Shown: in pieces, positions 36,378-40,000 of the stretch
Position numbering within the stretch: the first letter of the stretch is position 1
Layout: each line of letters opens with the position of its first letter
DNA from: Bifidobacterium breve
GTDB lineage: Bacteria; Actinomycetota; Actinomycetes; Nanopelagicales; Nanopelagicaceae
Direction: 5' to 3'
Assembly: GCA_945881945.1 (NCBI GenBank)
Contig: CAMCVO010000008.1
Span: forward strand, 24,461-64,460
Length of the DNA: 40,000 bases
Position numbers and translations under genes: made by a program
The notes under the pieces: generated by a model
Seen by the model: only the letters and a program-made list of their open reading frames with translations
Database searches by the model: none
What the model was told of the DNA's origin: nothing

Positions 36378-37484
36378 ATGGCCGCCCGAGATTATCAAGA
36401 TGAGATCAATAAAATTGATGTCACTCTTAAGTCAATTGAGCAGGTTTTAAACCTACCGAAATTAATTGAAAATGCTGCTGAATTAGAAAAGCAGGCGAGT
36501 GTGCCAAATCTTTGGGATGACCCCCAAGCAGCTCAGGTAATTACAAGTAAATTGTCCAGAGCACAATCAACTATAAATAAGATCAGTTCAATTCGAAGTA
36601 GATTAAATGATCTGCCAGTAATGGTTGAGTTATCAGCAAATGAAAGTGATAAGGCATCTGCTTTTAAAGAGGTTGATAAAGAGTTAGATGAGTTAACTCA
36701 AGTGATTAATGATCTTGAGGTACAGACTTTGTTAAGCGGTGAGTATGACGAGCGAGATGCGTTGATGACCATTAGATCAGAGGCTGGTGGCGTAGAAGCT
36801 GCTGATTGGGCGCAGATGCTGATGCGGATGTACGTTAGATTTTGTGAGCGCCATAATTACAAAATAGATGTTCTAGAAACCTCATATGCTGAAGAGGCTG
36901 GAATTAAATCAACCACATTTAGAATCTCATCCCCTTATGCATATGGCAGACTTTCCGTAGAGCAGGGGACACATCGATTAGTTCGTATCTCACCCTTTGA
37001 TTCCCAATCTCGTCGCCACACATCCTTTGCTGGCGTTGAGGTTGTGCCAGTGGTTGAGCAAAGTGATCATATTGAGATTGAAGAAAAAGATTTAAGAGTA
37101 GATGTCTATCGCTCCTCTGGCCCTGGTGGTCAAGGTGTCAACACCACTGACTCAGCGGTGAGAATTACCCACACGCCATCTGGAATTGTGGTCTCCTGTC
37201 AAAATGAAAGATCACAAATTCAAAACCGGGCAACTGCCATGGCGGTATTGCAATCTAAATTATTAGAACGACGTCGATTAGAAGAGCGCGCCAAGATGGA
37301 TGCATTAAAGGGAGATAACTCTGGCTCTTGGGGAAATCAAATGAGATCTTATGTACTTGCTCCATATCAAATGGTGAAAGATCTGCGGACAAATTTTGAA
37401 GTTGGAAATCCATCTTCCGTTTTAGATGGTGATTTGGATGGGTTTATTGAGGCAGGTATTAAATGGCGCAAGGGGCGCGAGTAA
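36378..37484 (+). CDS. prfB: Peptide chain release factor 2
   Basis: [42 protein letters not shown]; single frame with no programmed frameshift. Confidence 0.97.
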   Translation: MAARDYQDEINKIDVTLKSIEQVLNLPKLIENAAELEKQASVPNLWDDPQAAQVITSKLSRAQSTINKISSIRSRLNDLPVMVELSANESDKASAFKEVDKELDELTQVINDLEVQTLLSGEYDERDALMTIRSEAGGVEAADWAQMLMRMYVRFCERHNYKIDVLETSYAEEAGIKSTTFRISSPYAYGRLSVEQGTHRLVRISPFDSQSRRHTSFAGVEVVPVVEQSDHIEIEEKDLRVDVYRSSGPGGQGVNTTDSAVRITHTPSGIVVSCQNERSQIQNRATAMAVLQSKLLERRRLEERAKMDALKGDNSGSWGNQMRSYVLAPYQMVKDLRTNFEVGNPSSVLDGDLDGFIEAGIKWRKGRE

Positions 37485-37604
37485 TCTCACATTTAGCCTA
37501 AATTCTCAGTTTTATATTGCAAAAATCATCATTAAATCACCAATTAATTGTGGTTACTTATCTAAACTAGCACTAGTTGATCAGCGCACTCACCTTAAGG
37601 GGTT

Positions 37605-38300
37605 TTGATTTTGATTCGTTTTGAGAATGTCACAAAGCTCTATCCCAGACAAGATAAAGCTGCCCTAGATGGGGTCAACCTAGAGATTACTAAGGGTGAG
37701 TTTGTTTTCTTAGTTGGTTTATCTGGTTCTGGAAAATCTACCTTTTTAAGATTAGTGCTGCGAGAAGAGCGACCAAGCTCAGGTGTGATTCATGTGGCAG
37801 GAAAAGATTTAAATACTTTGGCAAACCATAAGGTGCCAGAGTTGCGCCGGCAGGTGGGAACAGTTTTCCAAGACTTTAGGTTGCTACCAAATAAGACCGT
37901 CTCTGAAAATGTTGCCTTTACCCTGCACGTCTTAGGGTATTCAAAGAAGCAGATCGGACGAGATGTACCGGAGGTTTTAGAGTTGGTCGGACTTGAAGAA
38001 AAGGGTGATCGCAAACCAAGTGAGTTATCAGGTGGTGAGCAACAACGAGTTGCCATCGCTAGAGCATATGTTTCTCGGCCAACAATTTTGATTGCCGATG
38101 AGCCAACCGGAAACTTAGATCCAGCGACCTCAGTTGGCATTATGAAATTACTAGATCGCATCAATCGAGAGGGCACCACAGTTGTAATGGCAACTCATGA
38201 TGCTGGAATTGTCGACCAAATGCGAAAGCGAGTAATTGAATTAGAAGGTGGCCATGTAATCCGCGATCAAGCCCGTGGTGTCTATGGCTATACCGGTTAA
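37605..38300 (+). CDS. ftsE: Cell division ATP-binding protein FtsE
   Basis: [44 protein letters not shown] 37611 may be the true start. Confidence 0.97.
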   Translation: MILIRFENVTKLYPRQDKAALDGVNLEITKGEFVFLVGLSGSGKSTFLRLVLREERPSSGVIHVAGKDLNTLANHKVPELRRQVGTVFQDFRLLPNKTVSENVAFTLHVLGYSKKQIGRDVPEVLELVGLEEKGDRKPSELSGGEQQRVAIARAYVSRPTILIADEPTGNLDPATSVGIMKLLDRINREGTTVVMATHDAGIVDQMRKRVIELEGGHVIRDQARGVYGYTG

Positions 38301-38329
38301 AGCCAAGATGAAAAAGATAGGGTTACCAA

Positions 38330-39232
38330 ATGCGCGCTAAGTTTGTAATGAGTGAGGTAGGTATAGGCCTGCGCCGAAACCTAACAATGACCTTTGCAGT
38401 GGTAATTACTGTTGCTATCTCTTTGTCCCTTCTTGGTATTGGCTTACTGGCAAACTCACAGGTGCGAGTAATGAAGGATTATTGGTATGACAAAATTGAG
38501 GTTTCAATATTTCTCTGTGGTTCCTTATCTGAAGGACAATCATGTGCAAATGGTGTAATCACTCAAGACCAAAAGATTGGCATTCAACGAGATCTGCAGG
38601 CACTTCCAGTTGTGCAAGAGGTTTACTACGAATCACAAACTGAAGCATTTAAACGTTTTCAAGAAAGATTTGAGGGCTCAGCAATTGCACAAAATGTCAC
38701 AGCAGATCAACTCCCTGAATCATTTAGGGTAAAACTTAAAGATCCAACTAAGTTTGCAGTTATAGAAAGTGCCTTTGCTGGCCGGCCAGGTGTTGATATT
38801 GTGCAGGATCAACGGGCAATCTTAGAAAAGTTTTTTGGATTACTAGGTGTATTGCGAAATGGTGCATTAGCAATAGGTGCCGCATCAGTATTAACCGCTG
38901 CGTTATTAATAAGTAACACTCTGCGAATAGCTGCCTTTAATAGAAGGCGGGAGACTGGGGTAATGAAGCTAGTTGGTGCATCAAGTTTTTCAATTCAGTT
39001 GCCATTTTTATTAGAGGGTATCTTTGCCGCCGTTTTTGGCTGGCTAGTCTCAACTGGATTTTTATCTGCATTTAAAGCGGTAGTGGATGCAAATGTGGCA
39101 CCACTTTTAACCTTCACCCAATTTTTCACCTGGCGCGATGTTTGGGTGGCAAGTGCCTGGCTGTTATTAACAGGTTTATTTGTTTCCGGGTTAGCATCAG
39201 TGCTCACCTTGCGTAAATATCTAAAGGTTTAA
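38330..39232 (+). CDS. ftsX: Cell division permease-like protein FtsX
   Basis: [40 protein letters not shown]...[21 protein letters not shown]. Confidence 0.96.
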   Translation: MRAKFVMSEVGIGLRRNLTMTFAVVITVAISLSLLGIGLLANSQVRVMKDYWYDKIEVSIFLCGSLSEGQSCANGVITQDQKIGIQRDLQALPVVQEVYYESQTEAFKRFQERFEGSAIAQNVTADQLPESFRVKLKDPTKFAVIESAFAGRPGVDIVQDQRAILEKFFGLLGVLRNGALAIGAASVLTAALLISNTLRIAAFNRRRETGVMKLVGASSFSIQLPFLLEGIFAAVFGWLVSTGFLSAFKAVVDANVAPLLTFTQFFTWRDVWVASAWLLLTGLFVSGLASVLTLRKYLKV

Positions 39233-39261
39233 CCACCTCCGCACAACTGAAAGATTGGGGG

Positions 39262-39783
39262 TTGCTTGTGGTCAAAGAGTTAGGCAAGAAGGTAATTGCC
39301 CAAAATAAAAGCGCCCGCCATGACTACTTTATTGAAGAGGTCTATGAGTGTGGGTTGGTGCTAACTGGCACTGAGGTTAAATCCTTAAGAGCAGGACGGG
39401 CCTCATTAACTGATGGTTATGCAATGGCAAAAGATGGTGAGATTTGGGTAAGTGGTATCCACATTCCTGAATACAACCAGGGCTCTTGGACAAATCATCC
39501 ACCACGGCGAGATCGCAAATTACTTCTTCACAAACGAGAGATTGCTCAGATCTCAGGTGTGATTAAGCAAGGTGGTTTAACCCTAATTCCCCTTTCACTT
39601 TACTTTAAAGATGGCAAAGCAAAGGTTGAGATTGCAGTTGCAAAGGGTAAGAAAGCACATGACAAGCGAAATACATTGATGGAGCAGCAGATGACCCGTG
39701 AAGTAAACCGTGAGTTATCTAGGCGCACCACTGGTAAAAGTAGTAGTGGAAAGCGCAAAAAATCTGATGCTGATTACGATTAG
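39262..39783 (+). CDS. smpB: SsrA-binding protein SmpB
   Basis: [44 protein letters not shown]...[28 protein letters not shown] start ambiguous. Confidence 0.97.
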   Translation: MLVVKELGKKVIAQNKSARHDYFIEEVYECGLVLTGTEVKSLRAGRASLTDGYAMAKDGEIWVSGIHIPEYNQGSWTNHPPRRDRKLLLHKREIAQISGVIKQGGLTLIPLSLYFKDGKAKVEIAVAKGKKAHDKRNTLMEQQMTREVNRELSRRTTGKSSSGKRKKSDADYD

Positions 39784-39868
39784 TAACCTAATTAACAGTA
39801 TTTATAAATAAGCTGTAAAATAACCCTTTCAAACAACTAAATATTGAATAGTAATTCGCTTTAATCTT

Positions 39869-40000
39869 GGGGGTGAACGGTCTCGACTTTAGTCGTTACT
39901 TCAAGGCAAGCGGGCCGAGGAAGCCGTGATGATCTCGTTAACCACAAAAACATGGCAAACTATAAGCGCAAGTAAAACTGCCGCTGATTATCAACTAGCT
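39869..40000 (+). ncRNA. ssrA: tmRNA (5' part, truncated by window end)
   Basis: GGGGGTGAACGGTCTCGACTTT 5' tRNA-like end immediately downstream of smpB; tag ORF starts at GCA 39968. Confidence 0.93.

Noticed and set aside
36378-37484. Programmed +1 frameshift in prfB
   Set aside because: The gene is open in a single frame from start to stop; no in-frame TGA with the CTTTGA context near the N-terminus.
37536-37557. CAATTAATTG palindrome upstream of ftsE
   Set aside because: A short AT palindrome is expected by chance in this base composition.
1-40000. CRISPR, prophage, toxin-antitoxin, restriction or integrase-type defence system
   Set aside because: No repeat-spacer array and no recognisable cas, integrase, nuclease, methyltransferase or toxin-like ORF; the window is dominated by housekeeping genes.

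Overview
This 40 kb window is a compact, AT-leaning chromosomal segment from an actinobacterium. The best guess from gene order and base composition is a streamlined Nanopelagicales/acI-like freshwater lineage; that assignment is inference. There is no CRISPR array, prophage, transposase or rRNA, and I recognised no tRNA. Recognisable actinobacterial neighbourhoods are: DUF3107-TetR; mshB-like deacetylase / Rv1171-like membrane protein / cysS; ferredoxin-dapC; whiB2-GT2-DUF5719-DUF3499-manB-ahcY-mtrA-mtrB-comFC-secA; Rv3235-like / SAF / CpaE-like / pdtaS / whiB1; msrA-msrB-PLP lyase-GNAT; Wzt/Wzm ABC exporter-TerC; two class-III aminotransferases around mmsA; a small Tad/Flp pseudopilin operon; prfB-ftsE-ftsX-smpB; and the 5' part of ssrA (tmRNA) cut by the window end. 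The most interesting observations are: (1) all six convergent gene pairs meet stop-to-stop with +1 to -8 nt of spacing, five of them in a stop-codon palindrome (TAATTA, TTAATTAA, TTAA, TTAA, TTATAA), leaving no room for intergenic terminators; (2) dapC seems to need a non-AUG (CTG) start; (3) an orphan Rv0428c-type SH3-like domain is translationally coupled to an unusual 'ITDVGHM' CysRS; (4) a CpaE-like protein has lost its Walker A lysine, with a separate pseudopilin operon elsewhere; (5) lpqB and hpf are missing from the mtrAB-secA locus; (6) two unusually long spacers (about 0.32 and 0.53 kb) contain inverted repeats or GC-rich foldable DNA; (7) a predicted tmRNA tag begins ASKTAADYQLA.
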